Below, one piece after another: positions 1-10,696 of a stretch of DNA of 34,703 nt. The position numbers were made by a program, and so were the translations under genes. The stretch spans positions 1-34,703 of the IMG/VR virus record IMGVR_UViG_3300031519_000101; one strand, written 5' to 3'. Position 1 is the first letter of the stretch, and each line of letters starts with the position of its first letter. The stretch comes from a virus. Taxonomy: Duplodnaviria; Caudoviricetes. The notes below the pieces were generated by a model, which saw nothing but the letters and a program-made list of their open reading frames with translations, had not been told where the DNA came from and searched no databases.

Positions 1-2
1 TT

Positions 3-3000
3 ACTAGAAAGCAAATAACTAAAATATCAGCATTAGATGGTTTAGTTACTGGCGGCACAATGAATTTAACAGATGCATTAACTGAAATAGGTTTAGATAC
101 AAATGGTGCTGGGTCTGTAGTTTTAAGCGCAACGCTAAGCACTATGGCAGATGGTTTAGTATCTGGTGCATTTGGCTATGGTTTAGGTACTGCATTTGCT
201 AGGCCAAAAGCTGGTGTTAATAGAGCTAAGATATGGAGTACGCAATATAAAGCATACTTAAATAGCGTTAATAATAAGCCAGTATTAAGTAAAAAACCAG
301 GAGATGAAGTTGAGCCTATTTCTTATGGAGGTAAATGGTTTAACGAATCTTGGTTTGGCAAAATGGTTCCAAGCCCAATAAAAGCAACAGTTGTAGATAA
401 AAATATACCACAGTTTTTTAAAGCAGAAATATTAGCTTTAGGTGGTTCTAATGGTTTGCCATTAGTTGCAAATCAAATGGGACAAAGCATGGGCAATTCT
501 GTTTATATTAATGCTGGTCGCAGACAAGGCGAATGGTATGCCGCTATGGATATTGTAAATCAAAACTATAGAAAAGTTAGCCCAAGAGGTAAGGCTGAAT
601 TGTTTAATATACCTGTTGGACAGTATGTAGAAACTGTAAGGGCTAAGTTGGGCAAGACAAGTTTTGCTCCGTCTGAATGGCAAGACCATATAGGTAAAAT
701 AATAATGGACGATGTGCCGTATGACCAAATGACACCAGAAGAAGCGGCATCAACTCAAGCTGTAAGGGCATACTTCGAAAAGTTTGGTGGAGAGTTAGAA
801 GAAATAGGATTAATAAAAAGTCGCGATGTTTTTGAAGATACATATTTAAAAGAAGTTGGTAAGGCATTTGAATTAACGAGCGTTACTAATAACATTATTG
901 ACGCAAACAAAAAATGGATGGCAAAAGCCCAAGCGAAAATACAAAAAAGATATGATAAAGATTTAAAATTACAAAAATCTTTAGAGCAGCAGCAAATAGC
1001 AAGAGGCTTAACTAATAAGCAAGTTGATTTAAAAAAGAAAGTTGATGATAATATTGCTTTTTTAAAAAAAGATTTAGCTAAATTTGAAGATAAATTTGAT
1101 AAAATTAATAATGCAAAAGACATTGATGAACTTGCTTCTTTATATAATGAGTTAGATCTTACAGATAAAATGCGTGATGCATTGCAAAGTCTAGGTAAAT
1201 CTTTTGATGATATAAGATTTAAAATTGATAATGCTTTAGAAGTAATTGAGCATCATGGCAAATTAACTAAAGCAAACAAATATGATTTGCCACGTATATT
1301 TAACAGACAAAAAATACACAAAGAACGTGATGGTTTTAGAAATTTATTAATAGCAGAATATAAAAAGAACCCAACTATAGTTAGTAGAGATGACAAAGGC
1401 TTATTCCAAATACAAAAATTAGCTACTGACCCTGCTTCTTTGTATCGCCGAGCAGAAGAAACTATACAGAATATAATGGAGGAAACTGACGAAGATGCTA
1501 TTGATGCTATATTTACTGGTTTTGGTCGGAGTGGTCCTCTTGTCTCTCGTCGATTAAATGTACCAAACTCAGCTATAAAAGAGTATTTAGTTACAGATGT
1601 TAAAGAATTAATGATTAATTATGGCGCAAGGGTAGCACCAAAACTAGAGTATCACAAAGCTAATCTTAATCCTGATACTGGTAAACTTATGACACTTGAA
1701 GAAAAATTATTTAGGATGCGTGCAGAACTAAACGCAGCAAAAGTACCGCGCAAAAGTATAGATAAATTTCTTAAAAACTATGTTCATACTTATGATAGAG
1801 TTGTTGGCACTACACTTAAAAGGGCAGATTCTATTGATACAAGAGTAGCTGATATGCTTAGAACAGCAACAAGTTGGACATTTCTTGGCGGATCTGGTGT
1901 AGCAGCTTTTGGTGATGCTGCATCAATATTTATGGATCACGAATTAAATGTAATAGGGCGTAGCTTCTTAGGTTTAATGGACGATATATCGCTTAAACAT
2001 TCTGCGCATGAGCTAAAGTTATCTGGTGAAGCATTGGAAATGACATTAGGTACAACGCATCTTAGGTATATGGAAAGTTTATCTAATGATTTATTTCAGA
2101 AAACATTACCTGACAAATTAAACAACGCATTTTTTGTAGCTAATGGGCTTGGGCCAGTTACAGTTGGTATAAAAATGTTAGATGGTTTAGTGCGCGGACA
2201 TACAATAATAGACTCATCAATAAAGCTTACTAAAGGTACTGCATCAGATTTTGAAAAAGAATTTTTAGCTAGATACAATATTACAGAAGAAATGGCAGAA
2301 CGTATAAGCGCAATGCCACATCAAAAATCAACAGGTGGTGAGTTAATATTACCTAATACTGAAGCGTGGACAGATGTAGACGCAGTAGCAGAGTTTAGAA
2401 ATGCACTTAGATCAGGCGTTATGAACAGAGTTATTATGGGTGGCCCAGAAGATAAACCTATTACTATGGATGGCGTTGCTTATATACCAGATCATGTAGC
2501 AAAGACATTGCCTTACTACGATAAAATGCCAAGAGACCCTAGGGTTAAAGGTTATGTAAGAGTTGAAAGTGGTTTTCTTGCATTGCCATTTACTTTCTAC
2601 AGTTTTGTAGTTGGCGCGTTAAACAAAATTACAGGTAATATGGCAGCTGGATCTGTTAGAAATAAAACTACGCATATAGCAGTAGCAATGATGCTTGGAT
2701 ATTCTGTAACAAAATTTAGAACGCCTGAGTGGGCATGGGATAAAATGGATACAGAAGATAAAATAATGAGATCGTTTGATATGTCTGGTATAGCAGCATT
2801 GCAAAGTGATTTATTATACAGAGCTATAACAATGGCGCATGAACTTGGAGCAGAAGATAAATTTCCAATACAACCTAAATATAGTGGTGGCTATGATCCT
2901 CTTGGCTCATTCGTTAGTTTAGGTGGTGCGCCCGCTGATTGGACGTTAGAAGTTATGCGCTCATTAAAGCAAATGGTTGAAGGTGATGTAGGTGAAGGTG

Positions 3001-3107
3001 CGAAAAGTCTAGTAAACATGATTCCGCTTATAGAAACAATGGCTACTGGTGATGCACTAAAGGATACAATGAAAGATATTGTAGGTGAATTACCTAACAG
3101 GCCATAA
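3..3107 (+). CDS. Large internal virion (ejection) protein, T7 gp16-like position; 5'-truncated, probably the continuation of the ORF starting at 34207
   Basis: Frame is open from base 3 (TRKQITKISALDGLVTGGTM...) to the stop at 3107. Over 1000 aa, helical-looking, and directly before the tail fibre in podovirus gene order. Confidence 0.7.
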   Translation, partial: TRKQITKISALDGLVTGGTMNLTDALTEIGLDTNGAGSVVLSATLSTMADGLVSGAFGYGLGTAFARPKAGVNRAKIWSTQYKAYLNSVNNKPVLSKKPGDEVEPISYGGKWFNESWFGKMVPSPIKATVVDKNIPQFFKAEILALGGSNGLPLVANQMGQSMGNSVYINAGRRQGEWYAAMDIVNQNYRKVSPRGKAELFNIPVGQYVETVRAKLGKTSFAPSEWQDHIGKIIMDDVPYDQMTPEEAASTQAVRAYFEKFGGELEEIGLIKSRDVFEDTYLKEVGKAFELTSVTNNIIDANKKWMAKAQAKIQKRYDKDLKLQKSLEQQQIARGLTNKQVDLKKKVDDNIAFLKKDLAKFEDKFDKINNAKDIDELASLYNELDLTDKMRDALQSLGKSFDDIRFKIDNALEVIEHHGKLTKANKYDLPRIFNRQKIHKERDGFRNLLIAEYKKNPTIVSRDDKGLFQIQKLATDPASLYRRAEETIQNIMEETDEDAIDAIFTGFGRSGPLVSRRLNVPNSAIKEYLVTDVKELMINYGARVAPKLEYHKANLNPDTGKLMTLEEKLFRMRAELNAAKVPRKSIDKFLKNYVHTYDRVVGTTLKRADSIDTRVADMLRTATSWTFLGGSGVAAFGDAASIFMDHELNVIGRSFLGLMDDISLKHSAHELKLSGEALEMTLGTTHLRYMESLSNDLFQKTLPDKLNNAFFVANGLGPVTVGIKMLDGLVRGHTIIDSSIKLTKGTASDFEKEFLARYNITEEMAERISAMPHQKSTGGELILPNTEAWTDVDAVAEFRNALRSGVMNRVIMGGPEDKPITMDGVAYIPDHVAKTLPYYDKMPRDPRVKGYVRVESGFLALPFTFYSFVVGALNKITGNMAAGSVRNKTTHIAVAMMLGYSVTKFRTPEWAWDKMDTEDKIMRSFDMSGIAALQSDLLYRAITMAHELGAEDKFPIQPKYSGGYDPLGSFVSLGGAPADWTLEVMRSLKQMVEGDVGEGAKSLVNMIPLIETMATGDALKDTMKDIVGELPNRP

Positions 3108-3108
3108 A

Positions 3109-3132
3109 TTGTGCGTCATGTTTTGTGCGTTG
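3109..3132 (+). promoter_or_regulatory. Tandem putative late-promoter motif (TTGTGCGTCA, TTTTGTGCGTTG) upstream of the tail fibre
   Basis: The same 12-mer occurs at 20398 and 26866, and a variant at 23599. All lie upstream of structural modules. Confidence 0.6.
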
Positions 3133-3175
3133 CGCTTCTATGCAGTCAATGAAAAAAAGAATACAGAGGTGACAC

Positions 3176-6100
3176 ATGACAATAAACATAGCTAACAATA
3201 GCCCACGAATAAATTACACGGCAACTGCTGGGCAAACTGCATTTACAATACCATTTGAATTTTATGACAATACAGATGTAAAAGTTTACGTTCAAGGCGT
3301 TTTAAAAACTATTACTACTCATTATTCAATCTCTGGCGGTAATGGCTCTACAGGCTCTTTAACTATGGCAAGCGGTGTTACCTTAGATAATGAGGTTGTA
3401 ATAGTCAGAGACGTTCCTATGGAGCGCACAACAGATTTAACATCAAGCTATAGCGCATCTTCTTTAGACGCGCAGCTAGATCGCATTGTTGCACAAATTG
3501 CTGACCTTGATGATAAAGCATCACGAACAATACAGATAAATGATTATGAATTGGCAAGTGGTTTACTCCTCCCTGCACTTGACAATCGCAAAGGTAAGAC
3601 CATCCAATTTAACACCAGCACTGGTGCTTTAGAGGTTGGTCCTACTGGCGCGGATGTAACTGCACTTGGTTCTGTTACTTCTGAAATAGCTACATTAGCT
3701 GGCATTAGTGGCAATATTACAACAGTTGCTAACTCTAATGCACAGGTTGTTGCTGTTGGTAACTCTATGACAAGTGTAAATGCTATTAATGCAGCGTTAA
3801 CTAATGTAAATAACGTAGCTGGTGCAATTTCAAATGTTAATTTAGTTGGTGGTTCTATTGCTGACGTTAATGATGTGGCTGATTCTCTTGGAGAAATTAC
3901 AGCAGTGCAAGCAAAGCTTACAAACATTGATACTGTAGCTGTTGCATCAACAAATATAGGCACAGTAGCAGGATCTATAGCTCAAGTTAATACTGTAGCT
4001 TCTAAGATTGCTGATGTTACAGGTGTTAATTCTAATATAGCTGCAATAACTACGTCAAATTCTAACTCTACTAATATAAATACAGTAGCTAGCAACATAG
4101 ATGATGTTAATGATGTAGCTAATGTTATAACAAAAGTAACAAATGTTGCTGATAATATTGGTGATGTTACAACTGTAGCCCCAGCAGTCTCTAATGTTGG
4201 AACTGTAGCTAGTAATATAGGTAATCTTAATACTGTTGCTAGCAATATAAATAATATTAATATCGTTGCAGCCAATGGTGGCATTGGAGCTACAGGCCCA
4301 CAAGGGCCACAAGGTTTAACTGGCTCAACTGGACCAGCGGGTTCAACAGGGCCAACTGGACCAGCAGGACAGCAAGGCGCAACAGGTCAAACAGGTGCGC
4401 GTGGATTTGCAGGAGCAGATAGTACAGTAGCAGGACCAGCAGGACCAACAGGAGCAACTGGACCACAAGGTGCTGACAGTACAGTAGCAGGACCAGCAGG
4501 GCCAACAGGTCCACAAGGCGCAACTGGAGCAACAGGTCCGACAGGAGCCGATTCAACTGTAGCAGGACCAGCGGGAGCTACAGGTCCACAAGGTCCAGCA
4601 GGAGCAGACGGTGCAGATTCTACAGTAGCAGGGCCGACAGGAGCCACAGGGCCTCAAGGAATACAAGGAGAAACTGGTTCTACTGGAGCAACAGGCCCAG
4701 CGGGAGCTGACTCAACTGTAGCAGGTCCAACAGGAGCAACTGGTCCTACAGGACCGCAAGGTCCAGCAGGAAATGATGGAGCTGATTCAACTGTAGCAGG
4801 ACCGCAAGGTCCAGCAGGAACGAATGGAACAGATGGAACAGATGGAACAGATGGTGCATCTTACACTCACCCAAATCACTCAGGCGAAGTCACATCGACA
4901 GCCGATGGTGCAACAGTCATAGCTGATAACGTAGTTGACGAAGCAAACCTAAAGGTAAGCAACACACCTACCGATGGCTACATGCTAACGGCACAGTCAG
5001 GTAATACAGGTGGTTTGACTTGGGCGGCGGCGGCTTCTGGTGGAGGTGGTGGTGCAGACCTCTATGCGGCTAACGAAAGTTCTCCTTCAGCCCAACCTTC
5101 TGCTACAGGTACAAACTCCATTGCAATAGGTGACAGTGCTATCAGTAGCAATACAGAAAGTTTTGCTTTTGGTAAAAGCCGTGCTTCTGGGATAGAAAGC
5201 CTTGCAATGGCTATAGATAGTAACTCTACTTCTTTTGGTGCATCAGGTACTAACAGTGTTGCAATCGGTAAAACTGCCAAAGCTACAGGGAGTTATTCTT
5301 TTGCCGCTGGCGGTACTCGTCCTGCGGCTACATCCCAAAGTGCTATAGCCATTGGAAGTTATGCAAAAGCTACTGGTCTTAGCTCACTGGCTTTGTCTAC
5401 TGAGGGAAGTGGATATTATACGACTGCATCTGGTTCACAATCCGTAGCTATAGGAAATAGACTAGTATCATCAGGGAATGAATCTTTTGTAATAGGTACG
5501 TTAAGTACAGTTTCTCATAATTACTCAATTGCATTGGGTAAGGATATTACTTCTACAGCCACAAACCAAATTAACATAGGTGGTTCAGCACAAGACGTTA
5601 GAATTAGTGAAGTATACACCCTACCAAAAGTAGATGGTACTAACGGACAAGTCTTAACCACTAATGGCTCTGGAGTTGTTGCTTTCGCAGATGCTGGTGG
5701 CGGTGGCGGTGCAGACTTATATGCGGCAAATGAAAGCAGTCCATCAGCTCAACCTTCTGCTACAGGTACTAATGCCATAGGTATCGGTGATAGTGCAGTA
5801 AGTGCAGGAACAGACAGTTTTTCAGGACCTAAATCAAGGGCATCTGGAACAAACAGCTTTGCGGCGGCTATAGCTACTAACAGTACATCCTACGGTGCTA
5901 CTGGTTCTAACTGTATTGCTATTGGTAATTTAAATAAGTCTACTGGGAACAGTAGTTCTTCTTTTGGTGGATACAACAACATATCGTCAGGCAACTCAAG
6001 TTTTGCAACAGGATACGAATGTCAAGCAACTGTTGATTTTTCTATTGCTATAGGTAATAATGCCAAGTCAGATATATACGGAAAATTTGCACATGCGTCA

Positions 6101-6538
6101 GGTAAATTTGGTTACTTCGGTGTTGCTGGCGGCGCACAATCAGGAACTTTTGTACTACGTTCAGACACTACAGATGCTACATCAGAAGCCCTTACTACCA
6201 CCCTCACCACGGCGGGAACTACAAACCAAATAGTCCTACCAAACAACTCTTGTTATGGATTTACAGGAACAGTGATTGCTCGTGAAGCCGCAAGTGCAAC
6301 AAACGACTTTGCTGTATGGGAAATCAAAGGTGGAGCAGTAAGGGCGGCTAGTGCTTCTACAACAGCCCTTGGCACTTACAACATTAACAAAATCAGTGAG
6401 AGTACAGGTGCAACTAATTGGAGCATAGCTCTTTCGGCAGACACTACTAATGGTGCTGTAGCAATAACGGTAACTGGAGAAGCATCCCATAACATTAGAT
6501 GGGTAGCAACGGTTAATACAACGGAGGTAATTTACTAA
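3176..6538 (+). CDS. Tail fibre protein (T7 gp17-like N-terminal anchor, helical repeats, collagen-like segment, YadA/Hep_Hag-like head repeats)
   Basis: N-terminus [29 protein letters not shown]...[13 protein letters not shown]; NI.TVA..I repeats; G-X-Y run; A.G.NS.AIG repeats; GAGG RBS. Confidence 0.9.
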   Translation: MTINIANNSPRINYTATAGQTAFTIPFEFYDNTDVKVYVQGVLKTITTHYSISGGNGSTGSLTMASGVTLDNEVVIVRDVPMERTTDLTSSYSASSLDAQLDRIVAQIADLDDKASRTIQINDYELASGLLLPALDNRKGKTIQFNTSTGALEVGPTGADVTALGSVTSEIATLAGISGNITTVANSNAQVVAVGNSMTSVNAINAALTNVNNVAGAISNVNLVGGSIADVNDVADSLGEITAVQAKLTNIDTVAVASTNIGTVAGSIAQVNTVASKIADVTGVNSNIAAITTSNSNSTNINTVASNIDDVNDVANVITKVTNVADNIGDVTTVAPAVSNVGTVASNIGNLNTVASNINNINIVAANGGIGATGPQGPQGLTGSTGPAGSTGPTGPAGQQGATGQTGARGFAGADSTVAGPAGPTGATGPQGADSTVAGPAGPTGPQGATGATGPTGADSTVAGPAGATGPQGPAGADGADSTVAGPTGATGPQGIQGETGSTGATGPAGADSTVAGPTGATGPTGPQGPAGNDGADSTVAGPQGPAGTNGTDGTDGTDGASYTHPNHSGEVTSTADGATVIADNVVDEANLKVSNTPTDGYMLTAQSGNTGGLTWAAAASGGGGGADLYAANESSPSAQPSATGTNSIAIGDSAISSNTESFAFGKSRASGIESLAMAIDSNSTSFGASGTNSVAIGKTAKATGSYSFAAGGTRPAATSQSAIAIGSYAKATGLSSLALSTEGSGYYTTASGSQSVAIGNRLVSSGNESFVIGTLSTVSHNYSIALGKDITSTATNQINIGGSAQDVRISEVYTLPKVDGTNGQVLTTNGSGVVAFADAGGGGGADLYAANESSPSAQPSATGTNAIGIGDSAVSAGTDSFSGPKSRASGTNSFAAAIATNSTSYGATGSNCIAIGNLNKSTGNSSSSFGGYNNISSGNSSFATGYECQATVDFSIAIGNNAKSDIYGKFAHASGKFGYFGVAGGAQSGTFVLRSDTTDATSEALTTTLTTAGTTNQIVLPNNSCYGFTGTVIAREAASATNDFAVWEIKGGAVRAASASTTALGTYNINKISESTGATNWSIALSADTTNGAVAITVTGEASHNIRWVATVNTTEVIY
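4279..4860 (+). repeat. Collagen-like Gly-X-Y coding repeat, interrupted six times by ADSTVAGP
   Basis: Read directly from the translation ([18 protein letters not shown]...). Boundaries are approximate. Confidence 0.9.
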
Positions 6539-7677
6539 TGGGTTCAGTTAATTTAGACAACACAGGCAGTGGTAGTGCTATTACACTTAGCTCCGACGGA
6601 ACAGATTTACTCTTAGATGGCACAGCTATTGGAGGTGGCGGTGGTGGTTCACCAGACTTGTTTGATGAAAGCTATGACGGAACTTCGACTAAGCCTTCCG
6701 CTTCAGGGACTAACTCTTTTGCGATAGGCCAAGAAGCAACTACTTCAGCTTACGGCAGTTTAGCTTTAGGCTGGCGAGCAACCGCATCTGGAACAAGATC
6801 AGTTGCACTCGGATATAGTTTAGCTAGTGGTGCAAATAGTATCGGGATAGCTGTTGATAATAATGGAATAGGTGCAACAGGTTCAAATTCAGTAGCTATT
6901 ACTAGAGACACAAGGGCATCTGCTACTAATGCTATAGCCTTCGGTCAATACAATAATGTTTCTCATAACAACTCTGCCGCTTTTGGGTATGACGTACAGT
7001 CCACGGCTATAAACCAAGTTAGTATTGGTGGTACAACTCAAGACGTTAGAATTAGTGAAACCTACACTCTACCTAAAGTAGACGGAAGTGCTAATGAAGT
7101 GCTTACTACAGATGGCTCTGGAGCTGTTTCTTGGGCGGCGGCTGGTGGTTCATCTGACTATGTGCATATTAGCACACAAACAATTACAAGTGCTGTAGCA
7201 CAGGTTGAATTTGATTTAAGTAGTTCAGACTATGGTAGTTATTATATCGTTGCACATGGGTGTACTTACACTAGCTCTAATCCTGGGGATTATTCTCTGC
7301 AATTTGTTTTCTACGATGGTGCATATAACAGTGGCTCAATAGCTACTAACAGAATGTCTATCAGGTATCAAAGAGGTAAAGAATATTCGAGTTCTATAAG
7401 CACAGTTACCCAAACCGACACCAATTTATCTATGAATATAGGATTTAGCCCTACATCAGCTACAACTTTTGGACTTAGTGGCATGATTGGAGGGCGTACT
7501 AATAGTATAATTGATTTACGAGGGTTCTTTTCTACGGCAGGCAGTCAAATAGGTATACCTAGAATAACTGCTGTTGCCCCTAACACCAGTAACAACATGA
7601 CATATATGTTAGTTAAACCTAACTCCTCAACTTTAGCTTCAGGTAAATTCTCACTCTATGGCCTAAAGGACGCATAA
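6538..7677 (+). CDS. Second tail fibre / receptor-binding protein with YadA-like repeats
   Basis: Shares the GGGGG-DL...PSA.GTN and [15 protein letters not shown] modules with the upstream fibre. TAATG coupling. Confidence 0.75.
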   Translation: MGSVNLDNTGSGSAITLSSDGTDLLLDGTAIGGGGGGSPDLFDESYDGTSTKPSASGTNSFAIGQEATTSAYGSLALGWRATASGTRSVALGYSLASGANSIGIAVDNNGIGATGSNSVAITRDTRASATNAIAFGQYNNVSHNNSAAFGYDVQSTAINQVSIGGTTQDVRISETYTLPKVDGSANEVLTTDGSGAVSWAAAGGSSDYVHISTQTITSAVAQVEFDLSSSDYGSYYIVAHGCTYTSSNPGDYSLQFVFYDGAYNSGSIATNRMSIRYQRGKEYSSSISTVTQTDTNLSMNIGFSPTSATTFGLSGMIGGRTNSIIDLRGFFSTAGSQIGIPRITAVAPNTSNNMTYMLVKPNSSTLASGKFSLYGLKDA

Positions 7678-7678
7678 C

Positions 7679-7954
7679 ATGAAAAAATTAGTAAACAATG
7701 CTATTGTTGATATGACTTCGCAAGAGATAGAAGCACATAATCAAGCACCAATTGATATGTTACCTTTTATAATTAGGGAGCAAAGAAACCAAAAACTACT
7801 GGAAGAAGTAGACCCTATAGTAACTAACCCTCTTCGGTGGGCTGAACTAACAGAAGATAAACAAGCAGAATGGACACAGTATCGGACTGACTTGCTTAAC
7901 CTACCAGCTCAGTCTGGTTTCCCTAGCACAATAACTTGGCCTACAAAGCCGTAA
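7679..7954 (+). CDS. Tail fibre assembly chaperone
   Basis: R..RN.LL...W..YR..L..LP.Q.GFP..I.WP.KP motif typical of phage tail assembly chaperones. Follows the fibre genes. Confidence 0.8.
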   Translation: MKKLVNNAIVDMTSQEIEAHNQAPIDMLPFIIREQRNQKLLEEVDPIVTNPLRWAELTEDKQAEWTQYRTDLLNLPAQSGFPSTITWPTKP

Positions 7955-7972
7955 CTTAAAGGAGTCATTAAC

Positions 7973-8266
7973 ATGGCAATACAATTAGACTTAACTACAA
8001 GCCAGTATGGCACAGCATTTTCTGGTGCATACTTCAGAATAGTAACTGCATCAATCTCAAGAGAGCTGGGTGATAGCTTCACAGTAATGATCGACTGCTC
8101 TGGATTTGCTACAGCAACACCAACAGATGATACACACCCTGTGGACTTCCGTCGTTACAATGCACCTCTAGCTACTATCGAAGCTACTGCTGGTGATGAC
8201 TTCTTATCTAAGTGTTATACTTGGGTGATGGCGCAAGCTGACATGAGTGGTTCAACAGCAGTATAA
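7973..8266 (+). CDS. Hypothetical protein (possibly fibre-associated)
   Basis: AAGGAG RBS; 97-aa ORF in the operon. Confidence 0.7.
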   Translation: MAIQLDLTTSQYGTAFSGAYFRIVTASISRELGDSFTVMIDCSGFATATPTDDTHPVDFRRYNAPLATIEATAGDDFLSKCYTWVMAQADMSGSTAV

Positions 8267-8282
8267 ATAATAGGACGATCAA

Positions 8283-8474
8283 ATGAATAAAAGAACTATA
8301 TCTTCTGCGCATGACAGACTTGATGAGCTAGAAAAGCAAGTGGTTGCAATCAAAACAGAAGTTAAGATACAATTTAAAGATCTATTTGGTCGTGTTAAAC
8401 GTATGGAAAGCATTATGATTGCAGCAACAGGGGCAATATTAACCCTACTCGTTGCGGTACTAATGAAGATGTAA
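8283..8474 (+). CDS. Small coiled-coil protein with a C-terminal TM helix (XhlA/holin-like)
   Basis: AGGA RBS; heptad-like RLDELEKQVVAIK; hydrophobic tail IMIAATGAILTLLVAVLM. Confidence 0.65.
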   Translation: MNKRTISSAHDRLDELEKQVVAIKTEVKIQFKDLFGRVKRMESIMIAATGAILTLLVAVLMKM

Positions 8475-8475
8475 C

Positions 8476-9024
8476 ATGTTACGATTAATATTAATTGGAT
8501 TCTTTACTTTAATCGGCAGCGCATTAGCTGCTGATGATACAATCAAGTCAGAGAGTACAGTAATATCGGATGGAAAGATGGACACAACTATCAATAGTCC
8601 ACCACCCTCTGCGATTTCTCCACAGATTAGCGCAAGTAACAGTGACTTATGTACTGTTGGTGTAGCTGGTGCGGTACAAACACAGATACTTGGTATCTCT
8701 GCTGGTCGTACTGTGCGTGATATGAACTGTGAAAAATTAAAGAACGCCAAAACCATGTACGATATGGGGATGAAAGTGGCAGCCGTATCAGTAATGTGCC
8801 AAGACCAAAGAGTGTTTGATGCTATGCTTAATGCTGGTACTCCTTGCCCCAAGGATGGGTTGGTAGGAGATAAGGCTAGGCTAGCATGGGAAATGGAATC
8901 GGTTAAGCAAGAGATTGAGCGAGATCAGAATGATGTAATCAAGAGGATGTTCAATGAGAACAGCGAAACTAAGATTGGGCTTGGTGTTATTATTAGCACT
9001 CTGGCCTTCTTGTTATTACTCTGA
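8476..9024 (+). CDS. Exported protein 1: signal peptide, Cys-bracketed beta-hairpin, C-terminal hydrophobic anchor
   Basis: MLRLILIGFFTLIGSALA|AD; DLCTVGVAGAVQTQILGISAGRTVRDMNC; four Cys; ends IGLGVIISTLAFLLLL. Confidence 0.75.
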   Translation: MLRLILIGFFTLIGSALAADDTIKSESTVISDGKMDTTINSPPPSAISPQISASNSDLCTVGVAGAVQTQILGISAGRTVRDMNCEKLKNAKTMYDMGMKVAAVSVMCQDQRVFDAMLNAGTPCPKDGLVGDKARLAWEMESVKQEIERDQNDVIKRMFNENSETKIGLGVIISTLAFLLLL

Positions 9025-9823
9025 CCCATATACTTATGGGGCTACAGGCAATGCAGCGTCCAGCTCTTTAAGCTGGGGCATGGCTGGTGTTTTGCCTGAT
9101 GCTGTTGGCTTAGATATAAACGGATTACTCTACAGGTATACCACAGTTAAGAATACAGATGACGCTATGAAGGTACACGTTGGCAACCGCAACGCTACTG
9201 GTGATGGCTATATATTTAGAGAGACAGATGATTGGTCAGGCGTACCAAGCAACACAATCGTCAAGTCTTTTTCTCTGGCTAATATACCATCGGCTAACTG
9301 GGGTGCTGGATCTATTGAGGTAGAAGGTGAAGGCAGCGTTACTGATGCAGTTGTTATATACAACTACAGGATAGACGTATGCTATGACCCACAATTAGAT
9401 CCATCTTGCGCTGGGTACATAAAGCCTGTGCCAGATATACCAGATGTAGATGTGTATAATGTAATGGAAGATGAAGATGCTCTTGCTGCTATAGATACAG
9501 ATACAGAATTTCAGTATGATGAAGATGGTAATCTTATAGTAGATGAAGAAGAAGAGGAAGACACGCGAATTGAAATGGGTTTGACTGCATCTGCCAATGC
9601 GTTGACTCTCTTTAAAATGCAAGGACAAGATGATATTATCATGGCGATAAACCAACAAACGAATCTAGCTATGTACTATAATGCATCTATCAATGGTGGC
9701 GTGTACGCTGACGTAGCTGGACTTGCTGACTCACAAATATCAGACAACAAAAAAGCTTTGCGTAATAACTTAGCACAACAAATACTGCACGAACAGATGG
9801 TCGATATGCAGTACAACAAATGA
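8954..9823 (+). CDS. Exported protein 2: signal peptide, beta-rich domain, acidic linker, helical C-terminus
   Basis: MRTAKLRLGLVLLLALWP...; CYDPQLDPSCAGY motif; D/E-rich tract; GAGGA RBS upstream. Confidence 0.7.
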   Translation: MRTAKLRLGLVLLLALWPSCYYSDPYTYGATGNAASSSLSWGMAGVLPDAVGLDINGLLYRYTTVKNTDDAMKVHVGNRNATGDGYIFRETDDWSGVPSNTIVKSFSLANIPSANWGAGSIEVEGEGSVTDAVVIYNYRIDVCYDPQLDPSCAGYIKPVPDIPDVDVYNVMEDEDALAAIDTDTEFQYDEDGNLIVDEEEEEDTRIEMGLTASANALTLFKMQGQDDIIMAINQQTNLAMYYNASINGGVYADVAGLADSQISDNKKALRNNLAQQILHEQMVDMQYNK

Positions 9824-9831
9824 GGTTTAAC

Positions 9832-10320
9832 ATGAAATATTTTCTAGTAATACTTTCACTCTGTGCATTACCAGCTCACGCTGACGTAGATATAACAGGT
9901 AACGTGGAAGCTAAGTGTGTAATACAAACAACTAAGAATGGTGTGTATGGCAATCCAACAGCTAGTACATTAAGCACTACCCCTGCTGATGGAGGTGTGC
10001 TTCCTGTAATTAGATTTGATGTAGCTCTTGCTAACTATTACACCGCAAACATTACACATCCAACATCATTCAGCTCTTCCCCAGCACTTACTGATACAGT
10101 CGCATGGACAGGCAGCACTAGCGTAACTCAAACAAGTGACGCTGGTATGTCAGGGTATGATGCAGCTAAGATTGTATATGATAACACCACAGTTTTTGAT
10201 CTTACTGTTGCAGGATCTACTTGGTTTAGCACAGCAAGTAGTGCCACCTATGCAGCATCAAAACCTTTTGTTGGAGGAGTCTATACCGCAGTGGTACAGG
10301 CTAGTTGTATTGCAAAATAA
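9832..10320 (+). CDS. Exported protein 3: fimbrial/pilin subunit-like
   Basis: MKYFLVILSLCALPAHA|DVDITGNVEAKC; C-terminal strand GVYTAVVQASC resembles chaperone-usher pilin termini; S/T-rich beta composition; GAGG RBS favours the 9832 start. Confidence 0.6.
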   Translation: MKYFLVILSLCALPAHADVDITGNVEAKCVIQTTKNGVYGNPTASTLSTTPADGGVLPVIRFDVALANYYTANITHPTSFSSSPALTDTVAWTGSTSVTQTSDAGMSGYDAAKIVYDNTTVFDLTVAGSTWFSTASSATYAASKPFVGGVYTAVVQASCIAK

Positions 10321-10696
10321 GCTGATAATATTTTTTTTGGTATGGGCATTTTCAACCCATGCACATGAGATGACACCAGCTTATCCTATAGTTAAACCAT
10401 CTCACGTTACTGGTGTGGTCAAGGTTGACTTGTCTTTGTTTAACTCAAGGGAAGAGATCAAGTATTACGAGATCGGTTTGTTTGATTTGAACTGGGATAG
10501 CATCCCCTTCTCTGCAACGTACCGAATAATTAAGGTAGGGTATAAGACACGTAAGAACTTTAGCGTATACATTCGCAAGTCAGACATGGATGAGGCCACA
10601 TATGTATGCACAACATCTAAGGTTAAGAAGCAGCTCGAATCAAAAACACTAGTGTCGTCTAGGATTTGCTCGCGGCTTGATGGTATGCCAGCATGA
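10310..10696 (+). CDS. Exported protein 4: Ig-like / pilus-chaperone-like
   Basis: A probable TTG start at 10310 gives MQNKLIIFFLVWAFSTHA|HEMTP. Alternating beta strands (VKVDLSLFN, YYEIGLFD, FSVYIR) and a C-terminal Cys pair. Confidence 0.55.
   Translation: MQNKLIIFFLVWAFSTHAHEMTPAYPIVKPSHVTGVVKVDLSLFNSREEIKYYEIGLFDLNWDSIPFSATYRIIKVGYKTRKNFSVYIRKSDMDEATYVCTTSKVKKQLESKTLVSSRICSRLDGMPA

Noticed and set aside
4279-4860. CRISPR-like repeat array
   Set aside because: The repeats are degenerate codon-level collagen repeats within an ORF, with no constant repeat and unique spacer pattern.
462-6490. Antisense ORFs within the virion and fibre genes (similar ones occur elsewhere)
   Set aside because: Shadow frames of long genes with biased codon use; no RBS or motifs.
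3176-7677. Diversity-generating retroelement acting on the tail fibre repeats
   Set aside because: No reverse transcriptase is visible, and differences between repeats are synonymous rather than adenine-specific.
10136-10309. N-terminal extension of ORF 10136..10696
   Set aside because: It overlaps the pilin-like gene extensively. A TTG start at 10310 gives a clean signal peptide.
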